From assembly GCA_963814585.1 (NCBI GenBank), contig CAWFDF010000014.1, positions 32,001-96,000 on the forward strand: a stretch of DNA of 64,000 nt, given 5' to 3'. The notes beneath the pieces were generated by a model. That model was given only the letters and a program-made list of their open reading frames with translations, had not been told where the DNA came from and did not search any database. The DNA comes from an uncultured delta proteobacterium (GTDB lineage: Bacteria > Myxococcota > Myxococcia > Myxococcales > Anaeromyxobacteraceae). Shown piece after piece: positions 62,823 to 64,000 of the stretch. The position numbers and the translations under genes are program-made. Every line of letters begins with the position of its first letter. Positions within the stretch are counted from its first letter, which is position 1.

Positions 62823-63467
62823 CTACCGGCCGAGCCGGCGGCGCGTCTCGGAGAGGATGGCGTCGGGGGCGCCCAGGCCGTCGAGCTCGACCACCAGCCC
62901 GCGCCTGGCGTAGTAGGCCTTGAGCGGCGCCGTCTTGCTGGCGTACTCCTGCATGCGGCGCCGGACGTTCTCGGGGCGGTCGTCCTCGCGCTGCACCAGC
63001 GCGGCGCCATCCCGGTCGCAGACCCCCACCCGCCTGGGCGGGTTCTGCACCAGGTGGTAGACGGCGCCGCAGCCGGGACAGGACCGCCGGCCGCCGATGC
63101 GCTCGACCAGGGCGTCCTCCGACACCTCGTAGGAGACGGCCTTGCCCACGGACTGGCCCAGCTTCGCCAGCAACCGGTCGAGGTGCTCGGCCTGCCCCAC
63201 GGTGCGCGGGTAGCCATCGAGGATGCAGCCCGGCAGCACGTCGGCACGGGCCAGCCGCTCGTCGACCATGGCGTTGGTGACGTCGTCGGTGACCAGGCCG
63301 CCCGAGTCCATGATGGCCTGGACCTTCCTGCCGATCTCGGTCCCGCGCGCCTTGTGGTCGCGGAACATGTCACCGGTGGAGATGTGTGGGATGGAGAGGG
63401 CCGAGGCCAGCAGCTTGGCCTGCGTGCCCTTCCCGGCGCCGGGCGGTCCGAGCAGGATCAGGATCAC
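62823..63467 (-). CDS. adk: Adenylate kinase
   Basis: [27 protein letters not shown], zinc-type LID (CPGC...CDRD), QREDD. Confidence 0.98.
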   Translation of the reverse strand: MILILLGPPGAGKGTQAKLLASALSIPHISTGDMFRDHKARGTEIGRKVQAIMDSGGLVTDDVTNAMVDERLARADVLPGCILDGYPRTVGQAEHLDRLLAKLGQSVGKAVSYEVSEDALVERIGGRRSCPGCGAVYHLVQNPPRRVGVCDRDGAALVQREDDRPENVRRRMQEYASKTAPLKAYYARRGLVVELDGLGAPDAILSETRRRLGR

Positions 63468-63518
63468 GTGTTCCCCCTCGCGTTCTGCCGGCGCCCGGGA
63501 AGCCGGGGGCCGGGGAGA

Positions 63519-64000
63519 TCATGCGCTGGCGGGCTGGCCGGCCCCGAGGCGGCGGCCGCGGATGCGCGGGCCGCGAGGACCGGTGAACCCCTCGTAGTGC
63601 CGGGTGATCAGGTGCCCCTCGATCTGCTGCACGGTGTCGAGGGCCACGCCGACCACGATGAGCAGCGAGGTGCCGCCGAAGTAGAAGGTGACGCCGAACT
63701 CGCTGGTGATGATGGTCGGCAGCACGCAGATGGCCGCCAGGTACATCGCCCCGCCGAAGGTGATGCGGGAGAGCACGTGGTCGATGTAGGTGGCGGTGTT
63801 CTTGCCCGGCCGGATGCCCGGGATGTAGCCGCCGTTCTTCTTGAGGTTGTCGGCCACGTCGACCGGGTTGAAGGTCACCGCCGTGTAGAAGTAGGCGAAG
63901 AAGACGATCAGCCCGACGTAGATGACGTTGTAGATCCAGGTGCCGGGAGAGAGCGCCTCCTGCAGCGCGCCCAGGAACGGGAACCAGCCGGCCAGCGTGG
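63519..64000 (-). CDS. secY: Preprotein translocase SecY (5' part outside window)
   Basis: [35 protein letters not shown]. Confidence 0.98.
   Translation of the reverse strand, partial: TLAGWFPFLGALQEALSPGTWIYNVIYVGLIVFFAYFYTAVTFNPVDVADNLKKNGGYIPGIRPGKNTATYIDHVLSRITFGGAMYLAAICVLPTIITSEFGVTFYFGGTSLLIVVGVALDTVQQIEGHLITRHYEGFTGPRGPRIRGRRLGAGQPASA

Overview
High-GC bacterial chromosome segment. Gene content and order (TIGR04563-type small protein, many Ser/Thr kinases, DUF4388/roadblock genes, ribosomal operon layout) suggest a Myxococcota, probably Anaeromyxobacter-like, genome; this is inferred, not searched. Core genes: folP-ftsH-tilS, HU, lysine-fermentation genes kamD/kamE/kal/kce, a tRNA nucleotidyltransferase, tRNA-Arg(CCT), homocitrate synthase, a tetraheme cytochrome c/NrfC/NrfD/cytochrome c module, pfkA, rluD, a lytic transglycosylase, a sigma54 two-component system, and secY-adk-map-rpmJ-rpsM-rpsK-rpsD-rpoA-rplQ running directly into rpsP-khpA-rimM-trmD-rplS. 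Three accessory systems stand out. (1) 13.6-19.5 kb: ECF sigma factor, Ser/Thr kinase, 63-aa putative precursor peptide and ATP-grasp ligase (candidate graspetide RiPP), with a GGTCACA-N13-TTCGTC ECF-like promoter occurring twice in the locus. (2) 19.9-26 kb: a signalling cluster of roadblock-TPR-DUF4388, kinase-ExeA-like ATPase fusion, roadblock, an output-less HAMP receptor and a secreted copy of the same sensor domain. (3) 27.7-33.5 kb: a ~1550-aa acyl-CoA-synthetase/kinase-like/GNAT fusion directly upstream of homocitrate synthase. At least five single-base frameshifts, one in the normally essential tilS, most likely reflect sequencing or assembly error. Many genes have a TANNNT box 6-9 nt before the start codon, suggesting leaderless mRNAs. 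All family calls are from motif recognition by eye.
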